A stretch of 42,135 nucleotides of DNA from a virus, in the IMG/VR virus record IMGVR_UViG_2811994932_000001, positions 1 to 42,135 of that record. One strand, 5' to 3'. The position numbers and the translations under genes are program-made. A model generated the notes under the pieces. It was given only the letters and a program-made list of their open reading frames with translations. It did not search any database and had not been told where the DNA came from. This document shows, piece after piece, positions 24,047 through 33,111 of this stretch; position 1 is the first letter of the stretch, and every line of letters starts with the position of its first letter.

Positions 24047-24270
24047 GCCGCATCGCGTTCCATCCGTGCGATGGCCTCCTCGACTGAGCTGTTTGCGTAG
24101 ACCTTGATCTTCTCGTGGCACTCAGCACAGAGAATGAGTCTGATATCGATGAGCGCACGCTCGTCGTAGCCGATCAGTGTCGTGTCGAGTGTCTCTCCTG
24201 CGATCTGCCATTTCTCCAGCGGATGGCCGCAGATTGAGCAGACCGATATATACAGTGAGTCGTTTGTCAT
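24043..24270 (-). CDS. Small zinc-finger protein
   Basis: 75 aa; CSICG...CAEC. Confidence 0.6.
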   Translation of the reverse strand: MTNDSLYISVCSICGHPLEKWQIAGETLDTTLIGYDERALIDIRLILCAECHEKIKVYANSSVEEAIARMERDAA

Positions 24271-24273
24271 GTG

Positions 24274-25482
24274 TCACCTCAGGAACGAGATCCCCGGTCC
24301 CTTGCCGAAGACCGTGTGCAGGAAATAACGTTCCGCGTCTTTACTGTGGTCGTTCTCTTTCACGGGCTTGTCTTCGCCCTTCTGCTGCGCCTTGGCATCC
24401 CAGACGTACGCTCCGTACTCTTCGATCGTGTGGGTGCAGCAGCGGAGGACGAAGTACCTCCCCTGGTGCAGCATGCTGCTCTGGGTGCGGATCCCGTCGA
24501 TGACGGCGTTGTCGGCGTTCTTGACGTTCTCGAACCCGTCCCGGCGGAGCTGGACCTTGAAGGAGAGGGCCGACGGGTCGACGATGATCGACCTGGGGGC
24601 GATGCCGTTGAGGAACTCGGCAAGGGCCTTCGAGTACTCCGCGTCGGTCTTCTGCCGGCCGGTCTTGCCCGGGTCATAATAATACTCCCGCTCCATCCAG
24701 GCGACCTTCCCCCGGACCCCGAAGAGCCCGAAGACCGTCGGGTTGCTGGTCCCGTAGTCGATCGCAACGTAGTATGCCTCTGCCTGTCCCGGCGGCTCGT
24801 CAAGGACGTGCTTGTTCTCATCCCACAGGTCGTAGACCGCGCCCTCCGCCTGCACCCAGAGCCCCAGGATGAACCGCTGGTACCAGAGGCCCGAGTACTC
24901 CGCCTTCAACGCCGCCTTGTACTCCTCCGAGAGCGCCGGGTTGTCGTCGAGCTCAAAGTGGAAGACGGCAGCGTCGATATCGGGGTTCTGGATGTAGTCG
25001 GTGTACAGCCAGTGGAACGGGCTGTCGGGGTTCGTGGTGACAAACAACTTTGCGCCGGCGAGGGAGAGCCGGGTGCCGAGCATCCGGAAGTATGATTCGG
25101 GCAGAACCGTGGCCTCGTCGACGTAGGCGCCGATCAGGGTCATGCCCCGGATCTTCTCTTCGGCCCGCTCGTCGTTCGCGCCGGCAACATAGCAGAGCCG
25201 GCCGGCGATCGTGCACTCCCCGGTGTTCCGGGCATAGTGGAAATTGTCAGAACCGACGATATCCCGGATCAGCCGGAGGACGTTGCGGTAGACGGTCCGC
25301 TCGGTCTTGCCGCTGATCAGGATGTCGCCCGGGGGGGCGTCGGCGATGAACTCCAGAAACCGGGTGACGGAAGAGACGGTCTTGGACGACCGGACCGCCC
25401 CGTGCCAGATGTTGAGCCGCCGGGTGCTCTCGCAGATAGACAAGATCGCTTTCGGAGAGAGCTGGCCCCACTTAATCGCCAC
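24274..25482 (-). CDS. Terminase large subunit (PBSX-like)
   Basis: 402 aa; GAVRSSKT Walker A, AYVDE Walker B, TTNP, IDYG and DPSA and NDHSKDA nuclease motifs. Confidence 0.95.
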   Translation of the reverse strand: MAIKWGQLSPKAILSICESTRRLNIWHGAVRSSKTVSSVTRFLEFIADAPPGDILISGKTERTVYRNVLRLIRDIVGSDNFHYARNTGECTIAGRLCYVAGANDERAEEKIRGMTLIGAYVDEATVLPESYFRMLGTRLSLAGAKLFVTTNPDSPFHWLYTDYIQNPDIDAAVFHFELDDNPALSEEYKAALKAEYSGLWYQRFILGLWVQAEGAVYDLWDENKHVLDEPPGQAEAYYVAIDYGTSNPTVFGLFGVRGKVAWMEREYYYDPGKTGRQKTDAEYSKALAEFLNGIAPRSIIVDPSALSFKVQLRRDGFENVKNADNAVIDGIRTQSSMLHQGRYFVLRCCTHTIEEYGAYVWDAKAQQKGEDKPVKENDHSKDAERYFLHTVFGKGPGISFLR

Positions 25483-25912
25483 GTTGCCGCGCCTCCCGCG
25501 CCTGCCTGATGGCTGCTACCAGGTCGCCGAGGGATCCGGTGTCGCCGCCTTCGCCGGTCTTGTCGAGTCCGAGCAGTTTCGCCCGGCGTTCCATGGACCG
25601 GAGCACACGATCGATCGCAGAGAGTTCGCCGGCGGCAATGTGTTTCCATGCCTTCTTTTCGAGTGCGTCGAGTTTCGCGAGCTCGAGATCGATAATGAGC
25701 CCTGCGATCTTCTTGCGCCCCTCTGCGGCCGCTTGCAGTTCCTTCTCGATGTCACGCTGGACCTGAGACTTCGAGACCCCCAGCTTATCGGCGATCGCGC
25801 GGATGGACTGCCCTGATGCCCGGAGTTCCAAGGCCTCCTCTCGCCGGGTGGCTGCCGGGACCTTCGTCGGTGCAGTTTTCGCCCCATCGTTCCGGGAGCC
25901 GATCCTCACCAC
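25472..25912 (-). CDS. Terminase small subunit
   Basis: 146 aa; N-terminal HTH (SIRAIADKLGVSKSQV), RRAKLLGLD; upstream of TerL. Confidence 0.85.
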   Translation of the reverse strand: MVRIGSRNDGAKTAPTKVPAATRREEALELRASGQSIRAIADKLGVSKSQVQRDIEKELQAAAEGRKKIAGLIIDLELAKLDALEKKAWKHIAAGELSAIDRVLRSMERRAKLLGLDKTGEGGDTGSLGDLVAAIRQAREARQRGD

Positions 25913-26340
25913 CCCAGGAGGTGCGCTGCGGTCTCCAGGCTGCCCGTGAGGAGGAGGAGCGCCAGGACGATCGCGATCCGGAGCACCCAGAACGCGCCCC
26001 GGTAATAGTGGTATTCGTGCTGCAGGTCAGCGATCAGCTCAGGGCTGAAGTCCTCCTTTGCTATCTCGCTGTACCCGAGCGGCCGGAGCCGGGTGCAGGA
26101 ATGGATGAGACCGAATCCGAGTGCGTGGATCTCTTCGTACACGTTACAGAACTCGGCGAGGACCGAGGGCGGCAGGTCACGGAGGTTTATCCAGAGCGTA
26201 TCTCCGTCGATGTGAATCATAGAGATCCGGCACTCTCCGGTCCGACTGTCGATCTCAGCCCGGGTCTTGATGTACCCCTTGCCCCGGAGATACGCGATGA
26301 TCTCCTCGGCCGTCCGACGGCGCTCTTCGATACCTGCCAT
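25906..26340 (-). CDS. Hypothetical protein with C-terminal hydrophobic segment
   Basis: 144 aa; first gene after promoter element II. Confidence 0.55.
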   Translation of the reverse strand: MAGIEERRRTAEEIIAYLRGKGYIKTRAEIDSRTGECRISMIHIDGDTLWINLRDLPPSVLAEFCNVYEEIHALGFGLIHSCTRLRPLGYSEIAKEDFSPELIADLQHEYHYYRGAFWVLRIAIVLALLLLTGSLETAAHLLGW

Positions 26341-26362
26341 ACAATCAAGTGGATATATGGCC

Positions 26363-26422
26363 CCAGAATTTAAAAAAACGGATTAAATAGTCTATTTAGA
26401 CTATTTGGACTGTTTAGACTGT
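26363..26422 (-). promoter_or_regulatory. Late promoter-like element II: 4 x 9-bp repeats, 16 nt, AATTCTGG, with TTTAAA TATA-like box
   Basis: + strand atagtctat ttagactat ttggactgt ttagactgt (26387-26422); ccagaatt at 26363-26370. Confidence 0.65.
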
Positions 26423-26571
26423 TTATAGCGTCGTAACAACTCCCGAACCACTGCCGAGACAGACGGCTTCCGCCACGCTATCTTCAGGGACGCAAGTTCT
26501 GCGGCGACATCACGCTCGATGTACGGTCGGCAAGTGTCTTGTCCCTCGTGCATTGTCCCTTCGTCGGTCAT
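26401..26571 (-). CDS. Ribbon-helix-helix-like regulator (not in ORF track)
   Basis: MTDEGTMHEGQDTCRPYIERDVAAELASLKIAWRKPSVSAVVRELLRRYKQSKQSK, 56 aa; ATGA overlap. Confidence 0.65.
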   Translation of the reverse strand: MTDEGTMHEGQDTCRPYIERDVAAELASLKIAWRKPSVSAVVRELLRRYKQSKQSK

Positions 26572-26900
26572 GCGCTCACCACCTTGCAGATATCAAGTGT
26601 CCCGGTCCTGACCGCGGCGACCTCCCCCTTCACCGCCAGATAGAGGTGGTCCGGATGCACGCAGATCACCAGGTGAGGCGTCACGTCGCCGTCATCGCGA
26701 GACGGGAGGATGTGGCCGGTCTTGCGGCGCGGCTCGCCCCGGAGGAGCGGGGCCGGGTCGGGATCCTGGAGCAGGGCGATATCGCCGGCATAGAGGAGGT
26801 GGGCGGCGTCGTCGGCAGTGACCAGGTGCTCGATGCCCTCGATCACCACGCGGAGCCCCCCGTGGCCGTCCGGGCGGACGTTGCCCGGTGGCGGGGTCAT
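26568..26900 (-). CDS. Hypothetical protein
   Basis: 110 aa; overlap-coupled in early operon. Confidence 0.6.
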   Translation of the reverse strand: MTPPPGNVRPDGHGGLRVVIEGIEHLVTADDAAHLLYAGDIALLQDPDPAPLLRGEPRRKTGHILPSRDDGDVTPHLVICVHPDHLYLAVKGEVAAVRTGTLDICKVVSA

Positions 26901-27070
26901 GACTGCGCCCTCCTCTCCGATGCCGCCTTCTCGAGGAGCGAGTTGTAGAGGAAGTCGTAGGTGTCCTCAGGCACCTCGACGACCGTCATGCCCGGGGTCT
27001 TGACAAAGGAGTGGTTGAGCTCCTCCGCCGTGCCCTGCACGAAGGCTATGATGAATCGTTGCTTGGTCAC
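26897..27070 (-). CDS. Hypothetical protein (GTG start)
   Basis: 57 aa; GTGA overlap with upstream stop. Confidence 0.55.
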   Translation of the reverse strand: MTKQRFIIAFVQGTAEELNHSFVKTPGMTVVEVPEDTYDFLYNSLLEKAASERRAQS

Positions 27071-27270
27071 GACCGCTCCCCCTTCACCGATGGCTTCCAG
27101 TCCGGACCGTCCTGCTCGAGCGGGCACCAGGCGGGGATGAGAGGGTGGTCGGGGAACGTGCGCGTCCGGATGATGCCCCCCTCGTCGCACCAGGTGGTGG
27201 CCCGGCAGCTCCGGGAGCCGACGGCGTGCGGGCACTCGTCGCAGAGGTCGACGCGGATGAGTCGGGTCAT
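27067..27270 (-). CDS. Cys-rich hypothetical protein
   Basis: MTRLIRVDLCDECP...IPAWCPLE; ATGA overlap. Confidence 0.6.
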   Translation of the reverse strand: MTRLIRVDLCDECPHAVGSRSCRATTWCDEGGIIRTRTFPDHPLIPAWCPLEQDGPDWKPSVKGERS

Positions 27271-27698
27271 GGCCGGCCCCCCGTCAACCCTGCTGCAAGG
27301 TTCTCCCACCGGCAATCCCGGGCCGGGTCATCGACCTGGTGCAGCCGGTCGCCATCGACGAGATAGTATCGCCACCCCGCGAGGTCCTTGCCGGTGCACC
27401 GGTCCGAGTAGAGCCAGACCTGCTTCACGACCCCTGCAGGGACCGGGATGTCCTTCAGCCCGACTTTCTTCTCGTCGCCGAGGAGGTCGTGCTTGCAGAG
27501 AGTGGCCACCGCCTGCGGGGAGACGATCCGCGACTTGGTCCGCTTGACCTGGATGAGGAGGAGGAGGTCCGGCCGGGCGGCGTAGAGGTCGAAGGGACCC
27601 TTCGAGGCGTGTGCCCGCCAGGTGGTGAACCCCCACTCCGTGAGGACCTTCCGGGCAGCGAGCTCGGGCGAGTATCCGCGATCATAGTTGCGGGCCAC
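27267..27698 (-). CDS. Hjc-like Holliday junction resolvase (PD-(D/E)xK)
   Basis: 143 aa; G..E..R....GF...RA..SKGPFDL.A...LIQVK. Confidence 0.82.
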   Translation of the reverse strand: MARNYDRGYSPELAARKVLTEWGFTTWRAHASKGPFDLYAARPDLLLLIQVKRTKSRIVSPQAVATLCKHDLLGDEKKVGLKDIPVPAGVVKQVWLYSDRCTGKDLAGWRYYLVDGDRLHQVDDPARDCRWENLAAGLTGGRP

Positions 27699-27720
27699 TC
27701 AGACCGCCCCCGCCGGCGAA

Positions 27721-28067
27721 GTGAGTTCGTGAGTAAAGTGAGTTCCCCGTCGGTCATTCCTGTACTGTATATATACGCTTCCTGTTTTTTCCTCACACGT
27801 TTTTAGGTACTGTAAACTCACATACTCACTAGAGAAAAAGAGATATCTAATAATATTAGATATCTCCACAATCCGGCGCCGGGGCGCGTCCAGATTGGAA
27901 GTGAGTTTGCTATCTGGTGTGAGTTTAGTGAGTTTGTTCCGGTCGTTTTTTCCAGTGAGTTTAGGAGTTATGTGAGTTTGCTCCGGGGTCTGATTCCCTC
28001 CGCGATTTCGGCAAAATGAGTTAGTGTGTTTTGTGAGTTTGTTCCGAGGTATATTAGTTGTGAGTTT
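27721..28067. repeat. Probable replication origin: GTGAGTTT iterons plus a 13-bp inverted repeat
   Basis: GTGAGTTT at 27901, 27919, 27928, 27955, 27972, 28033, 28060, inverted copy at 27814, variants at 27721/27729/27738; GAGATATCTAATA-A-TATTAGATATCTC at 27840-27866; AT-rich; directly downstream of primase-helicase. Confidence 0.75.
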
Positions 28068-31000
28068 CATGTCTCCTCACCTCCTTCTAAGGATGCCTGA
28101 TCGCTGCCTTTCGTCTGGATGATCACCCACTGCGTCGCCCGCTGTACAGTCTTCCCGCGCCGGATCATGAGTCCAGATGGGAACCGCCTGCCTTCCTGCC
28201 TGGCGAGCGCCCGCCCGCAAACTCTGGCGAAAGACCGATGCGGATCCACAAAGGCGTCGGAGAGATCGTCCGGCAGCGTCTCGTGGACCAGGGTCCGGAA
28301 CGCCGTCACTTCCTTCACCTCCCGGTCGAGCCGGGTCTTGAGATCAGAAACGGTCCAGGGGTGCGATCCGAACTCGTCGAACACGGCCGACAGGAACCCT
28401 TCCCATTGCCGGAGGTCCGTGTCGCCTTCCAGGAAGACATCCATTGCGTTTCCGAGGAGCTCCGTGCCTCCAGCATGCTCGAGGATGCCCCCGACGACGT
28501 GCCGCCACCCTTCGTATCCGCCGAGCGGCGGCATCCGCTCCGGCTCAGGGCACCCGGCCCGCACCCAGGCGACACCGAGCGTCAACGCAGCGGCGATCAG
28601 GCGGCCCCGGTTCTCTCGAACCCATCGCAGGAGGTCCGGATGCCGGAAGTCCTCCCGGAGCCAGGGCATGGCCGTCTCTGCATCGATACGACTCATGAGG
28701 ACCCGGCGAGCAAGGTCGCCGCCGATCTGCACATTATTCCCGTTTGCGAACCAGACCGTTCTCGCCGGCAGCGCGGCATCTTCCGTCACGCCGAGGATCC
28801 GATCACTCCACTCCCGGGCCGTCAGAAGAGATGCCAAGATGTCCGACTTGAACTGCCCTTCTAGATTATCCCAGATGTGGACGGGCGCACCTCCGCGCAG
28901 AATCGACATGATCCGCTTGCCCCACTCTTCCTTCGTCTTCGGCGTCACGCTCGCCGGCGGAGTCACTCCAGTGATCGCCAGATACACCGCGTTCTGCATC
29001 AAACTCGCTCCGGACCCGGCCTGCGGCTTCGTGAGCAGCCAACAGGGGCACGGCCCGGAGATGATCGGCCGGAACACGCCCGTCAGGAACGCCCCGACCG
29101 CGTTCCACCTTGACGGTTCATCGATGAAGGGGAAGTCAAGGAACATCTCCAGGATCATCTCCTTCGCGGCTGCGATGTCTGCAGCGGTCGGGTTCGCCGG
29201 CACGGGGGCGAGGACGAAGCCCGGTTCCGGCATGAAGTACATCAACGTCACCGGGTCGTACCCTTCGACGCCATGGATCGTGCCATCCAGGTGCAGGATC
29301 GGGGATGTCGCGATCCCCGCGAGCGGCGGCAACCGCCACTCGTCCGTCGGCCGTCCGAGGACGTCCCGGACGATCGAGACAGGAGGATACTCCGGGATCT
29401 CTCTGATCGCCCCGTCCTTTCCCTCCTTGACCGAGAGCCAGACCGCAACCCGGTCCATAACCCCCCGGAGTGCGTGCTCTGAAAGGGTCTGAATCAGTGG
29501 CCGCTCCTGCTCATCCCGGCAGACCCGCACCAGCGCGGCGGCCCGGTGGAATAACCGGGGCGGGTCGTTCGCCTCTGCGATCGCCCGGACCGTGTCTGCC
29601 GTCACCTCGTGCATGTGGCGGTTCGTCAGGACGATCGTCGGCCGGAGGACCTTGACCTCCGGGACCTCGACCGGTGCCGGCTCGACAGCCTTACCGGTGA
29701 CAGGTGCAGGCACCTCGCGCTTACCGCGCTCCCACTCCCACTCCTTGAGCTGCTCGCCGTAGCCCCGAGCCTCCAGTGCATCGAAGACAGCCGGCCAATG
29801 CCCTTGCAGGCATCCGGGACAGGCATCTGCACACTCGATGATCCCCTCTGCGACCGCGAGAGCCTCAAGCGGACCCCCTCCGGTCTGATGGCGACGGCAC
29901 CACCACTCCTGGTTGTTCGCTGAGATCGTCAGGTTCGTGCCGGTCTCGGAGCCGTGCACCGGGTGCACGCCCTCGATCTCCCCGGTGTCCCGGACGGTCG
30001 GGTTCTGGGGCATCAAAAAATCTGTCACCCTCAACTCGAGTGCGTCCGAGATGGTGATGCTCCGGGGCGTCCGGGGGATGCGGGGAACCGTAATCTCCCG
30101 TTGCGGAGGGGTGCACGGGTCGACGACCAGGGCCTGCAGCTCCGCCCAGGGGATCTCCAGCAGCGGCGCATCGTTCGCTATCTCGTAGCGGCCGCCGGAG
30201 GGATGGATGGAGCCCGGTCCCACGCAGAACGACGGATGGCCACTCCCGCGCAGGTCGCCGAGGTCCTCCCGGATCTCGGGGTCGCGGAGGATGTGCTTCT
30301 CTGCCGGGGCGTCCGGACACCTGACGTAGAAGTGCGAACCGAACCCATCCTTCCTCCCGGTCCGGACGACAAGCGTCTCGAGGAGCCGGTCAAGCACGCC
30401 CATCTCCATGAGCCGGTCGGTCTTGTCTGCGTCGAGGATACAGACTCCTCCATCTGGCATCACGCCGTAGTTCCCGCCGGCCGCGATGTGTGCCAGGAGC
30501 CGGGGATCATCATACGCATAATTCGCCGTCGTCTGCCAGCCTTTCTCGATGGCCGACTTGTCCTTATGTTTAACCAGGATAAACCGACATCCCTTGAGTT
30601 GCTCCGGGATGATCGGCGCGGACTCTACAGATGCTGCCCCGCCTCCATTGCTTCCATCATTCTCCTGGTGACTGCCCCCCCTGACGACGCCCCCCATCTC
30701 ATCGGGCTCACTTTCCTTGGATCCGGGAGTTTCGACGAGTTCGGGTGGGTGTGCCACCAGTATATCGCGTACCTGTTCCACCACTTCCGCCACACGTTCC
30801 GGCGCCACTTCGGGCGCTTCGCTCTTCGTCTCATCGCACAACCTCTTCCATAATTTATCCAGGAGCGCCGGCCCGGTCCGGGCGAACTGCCGGGCATCAA
30901 ACGCGGCCTGCACCTCGGCAGGGCACCGATCGACGAGGAGGACCCGCGCTCCGTCGCTCTCCTGCAACGCCGCTTTCGGGGGGAGCCAGTCCGTCCTGAG

Positions 31001-31135
31001 CGCAATGTAGGTCCCCCCGTCGAGCCGCACGGCGACCCGCTCCCAGTCATCTCTGCGAGACAGGAGATCGGGATCCCCTGCGAGGACCTCGGCGAGGCTG
31101 ACCGATGCCGGGACCCTGAGCACGAGATCACTCAT
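28067..31135 (-). CDS. Primase-polymerase (AEP/Prim-Pol) fused to a helicase-like domain
   Basis: 1022 aa; GGNYGV..ILDAD, VRTG..GSHFY, CVGPGSIHPSG (Prim-Pol); C-terminal P-loop-like QAGSGASL, IWDN, FANGNN. Confidence 0.85.
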   Translation of the reverse strand: MSDLVLRVPASVSLAEVLAGDPDLLSRRDDWERVAVRLDGGTYIALRTDWLPPKAALQESDGARVLLVDRCPAEVQAAFDARQFARTGPALLDKLWKRLCDETKSEAPEVAPERVAEVVEQVRDILVAHPPELVETPGSKESEPDEMGGVVRGGSHQENDGSNGGGAASVESAPIIPEQLKGCRFILVKHKDKSAIEKGWQTTANYAYDDPRLLAHIAAGGNYGVMPDGGVCILDADKTDRLMEMGVLDRLLETLVVRTGRKDGFGSHFYVRCPDAPAEKHILRDPEIREDLGDLRGSGHPSFCVGPGSIHPSGGRYEIANDAPLLEIPWAELQALVVDPCTPPQREITVPRIPRTPRSITISDALELRVTDFLMPQNPTVRDTGEIEGVHPVHGSETGTNLTISANNQEWWCRRHQTGGGPLEALAVAEGIIECADACPGCLQGHWPAVFDALEARGYGEQLKEWEWERGKREVPAPVTGKAVEPAPVEVPEVKVLRPTIVLTNRHMHEVTADTVRAIAEANDPPRLFHRAAALVRVCRDEQERPLIQTLSEHALRGVMDRVAVWLSVKEGKDGAIREIPEYPPVSIVRDVLGRPTDEWRLPPLAGIATSPILHLDGTIHGVEGYDPVTLMYFMPEPGFVLAPVPANPTAADIAAAKEMILEMFLDFPFIDEPSRWNAVGAFLTGVFRPIISGPCPCWLLTKPQAGSGASLMQNAVYLAITGVTPPASVTPKTKEEWGKRIMSILRGGAPVHIWDNLEGQFKSDILASLLTAREWSDRILGVTEDAALPARTVWFANGNNVQIGGDLARRVLMSRIDAETAMPWLREDFRHPDLLRWVRENRGRLIAAALTLGVAWVRAGCPEPERMPPLGGYEGWRHVVGGILEHAGGTELLGNAMDVFLEGDTDLRQWEGFLSAVFDEFGSHPWTVSDLKTRLDREVKEVTAFRTLVHETLPDDLSDAFVDPHRSFARVCGRALARQEGRRFPSGLMIRRGKTVQRATQWVIIQTKGSDQASLEGGEET

Positions 31136-31385
31136 CGGAGATCACCCAGCACTGATTGTACGCCTTGAACCGTTGCCAATCCAGCAAAACTCCTGAATCG
31201 ACCTCGTCTGCTGTAACCGCTGCGTATCGTCCGGGGGATACCGGATCCCAGGAGAGCACCCGTTCGCGGACCAGATTGCTCGGTCCCTCTGCGATGATCC
31301 TGTTCGCGATCCGGTCATACAGATAGGTTGCCCCGGACGCTGGAGCGATACCGAACGCTGCCAATCCCTGATTTGATGAACTCAC
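31128..31385 (-). CDS. Hypothetical protein
   Basis: 85 aa; overlap-coupled. Confidence 0.5.
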   Translation of the reverse strand: MSSSNQGLAAFGIAPASGATYLYDRIANRIIAEGPSNLVRERVLSWDPVSPGRYAAVTADEVDSGVLLDWQRFKAYNQCWVISDE

Positions 31386-32059
31386 TGAATATTGCCTCCT
31401 GAATGATTTGCGCCCGCCCCATCGTCATAATCGAGCAGGTCGAGCGGAGTCTGCTGCATTCGTTCCGTTGCTATCCTATGTGTATCCGGGTCGATCTCGA
31501 ACCCCATGTATCGGAGCCCCAGCAGTTTGGCAGCCAGCGGGATCGTTCCGCTCCCCGCGAACGGGTCCACCACGAGATCCCCCGGCCGGGTGAACCGGCA
31601 GAGCAGGTGTAGGGCCTCATGGATCGATTGTTCCCAGGGGTGGTGAGCCTTCATCCGCTTCCCTTTCACCAGATCGCAGAATGCCTTCGGGGGTTGTTCC
31701 GCGGGCGGGTTCACATAGACGAGGATCGGCTTCCACATCGCCATGACGTGCCGAGCATAGACAACCGCGTTTGCGTTTGCCTGATTGAGCTGAGCGACGG
31801 TCCACCAGTACTGTAGCGCGGACCCGAGGATCTGCATGATCTCCGGCAGGTGATACTGCGGGGCGTACGTGATGAGCCACCCGCCGGGCCTGAGGACCCG
31901 GGGGGCCTGCTCTGCGAGGATCCCATATGCCTCGTCGTACATCGCTGCCAAGTAGGGGGGATCGGTGAACAGGAGGTCTACCGACCCGGCATCCAGGGAG
32001 CCGAGGCCCTCGGCACAGTCCATGCAGTAGATCCGATCGCCCTCCAGCGGAGCAGTCAC
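31382..32059 (-). CDS. Solitary beta-class N4C/N6A DNA methyltransferase
   Basis: 225 aa; motif IV TDPPY precedes motif I DPFAGSGT. Confidence 0.9.
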   Translation of the reverse strand: MTAPLEGDRIYCMDCAEGLGSLDAGSVDLLFTDPPYLAAMYDEAYGILAEQAPRVLRPGGWLITYAPQYHLPEIMQILGSALQYWWTVAQLNQANANAVVYARHVMAMWKPILVYVNPPAEQPPKAFCDLVKGKRMKAHHPWEQSIHEALHLLCRFTRPGDLVVDPFAGSGTIPLAAKLLGLRYMGFEIDPDTHRIATERMQQTPLDLLDYDDGAGANHSGGNIQ

Positions 32060-32355
32060 TGCTCTCCCTCCTCGAACCCATCAAAATTAGCAAGTAATTT
32101 CGTCTGTTTCGTCTCTGGGGGGAGCGGGCGCCCGGACGCTGCGAGGGCAGCCTCTATCCGGTCGCACCGTGCGTTGAGCCGGCCGATGCCCCGGCGGAAC
32201 TCGTCGATGATGCTCGAGAGCCTGTACGCGATGTGGGTGTCCTGCTGATTGAGGTCGTCCAGGGTCGCCTCCAGGGCCTCAATAGTCTCCTTGAGGGTCA
32301 GCGTCTCATCCCATGAGGCGTAGCCAGTGGCCTCCGGTGATGGGTCCGGCGTCAA
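32056..32355 (-). CDS. Coiled-coil hypothetical protein (TTG start inferred)
   Basis: LKETIEALEATLDDLN..IEAALAA; overlaps both neighbours. Confidence 0.55.
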   Translation of the reverse strand: MTPDPSPEATGYASWDETLTLKETIEALEATLDDLNQQDTHIAYRLSSIIDEFRRGIGRLNARCDRIEAALAASGRPLPPETKQTKLLANFDGFEEGEQ

Positions 32356-32486
32356 GGGCACACCTCCTTCGGGCAATGGGGCATGTGCCGCGGGACCACT
32401 CCGGTGACCCGGCACCGGTACCCGAACTCTCCCTCGACCAGGATGAGGTCCGGGCACCCCTGCGCCTTGCACTTCCGGGTGGTCAT
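32352..32486 (-). CDS. Small Cys-rich protein
   Basis: MTTRKCKAQGCPDL..YRCRVTG..HCPKEVCP; ATGA overlap. Confidence 0.5.
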   Translation of the reverse strand: MTTRKCKAQGCPDLILVEGEFGYRCRVTGVVPRHMPHCPKEVCP

Positions 32487-32701
32487 CTGGTCTTGCATGC
32501 CATCCTCCGTGCCGCAGCGGCATGGCACCGCCGGCTGCAGAACATCGGCGTGGTCGTCCCGGTCTTCAGACACCAGGTCAGATACCACAACGGCTTTCGG
32601 AACTCCTTGCCGCACTCAGCACACACGAACACTACGTACTGTGCCCCCTTCTGACCTCGCCGTTCATCCAGGCGGGCGTTCGCCGGCAACTCCGGGGTCA
32701 T
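32483..32701 (-). CDS. Zinc-finger protein (TRASH-like)
   Basis: CAECGKEF...FCSRRC. Confidence 0.65.
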   Translation of the reverse strand: MTPELPANARLDERRGQKGAQYVVFVCAECGKEFRKPLWYLTWCLKTGTTTPMFCSRRCHAAAARRMACKTR

Positions 32702-33111
32702 CGTACGACCCCCATCCGGACCGTGCCACTCAGGGGCACCGGGTCCGGGATCAGCTCCGAGACGATCGCGCCCGGCCACCGGTCGCCCGGGGCCTTGCAG
32801 GCGCTGCGAGCGACTCCGGCGAGCCCGACCCTGGAGGTCGCGAACACCCGTCTCGACAGACAGGGCACCAGGAACAACACGCCCTTTTGCTTCCCGTCGT
32901 CCGGGTCAGGGTTCGACAACCTGGCACGCCCGTACCCTTTCGTCTCGTAGATCCCGAACATTCGCGATATCGGGATCCGTTTCGCCCGCTCCTGCAGGAG
33001 CGCCGAGACATCCCGCACCGCGAGCCGGAACTCGAACGTCTCTCCCCCGTCCCAGATCTCCAGCCTGACGCCGTCCTCGAAGGGGGTGAGTTGGCCGCAG
33101 TTCAGGAACAT
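32698..33111 (-). CDS. Hypothetical protein
   Basis: 137 aa from MFLNCG; overlap-coupled. Confidence 0.55.
   Translation of the reverse strand: MFLNCGQLTPFEDGVRLEIWDGGETFEFRLAVRDVSALLQERAKRIPISRMFGIYETKGYGRARLSNPDPDDGKQKGVLFLVPCLSRRVFATSRVGLAGVARSACKAPGDRWPGAIVSELIPDPVPLSGTVRMGVVR

Noticed and set aside
20764-26422. 9-bp tandem repeats and GTGAGTTT repeats as CRISPR arrays
   Set aside because: Units are too short, lack unique 30-40 nt spacers, and no cas genes are present
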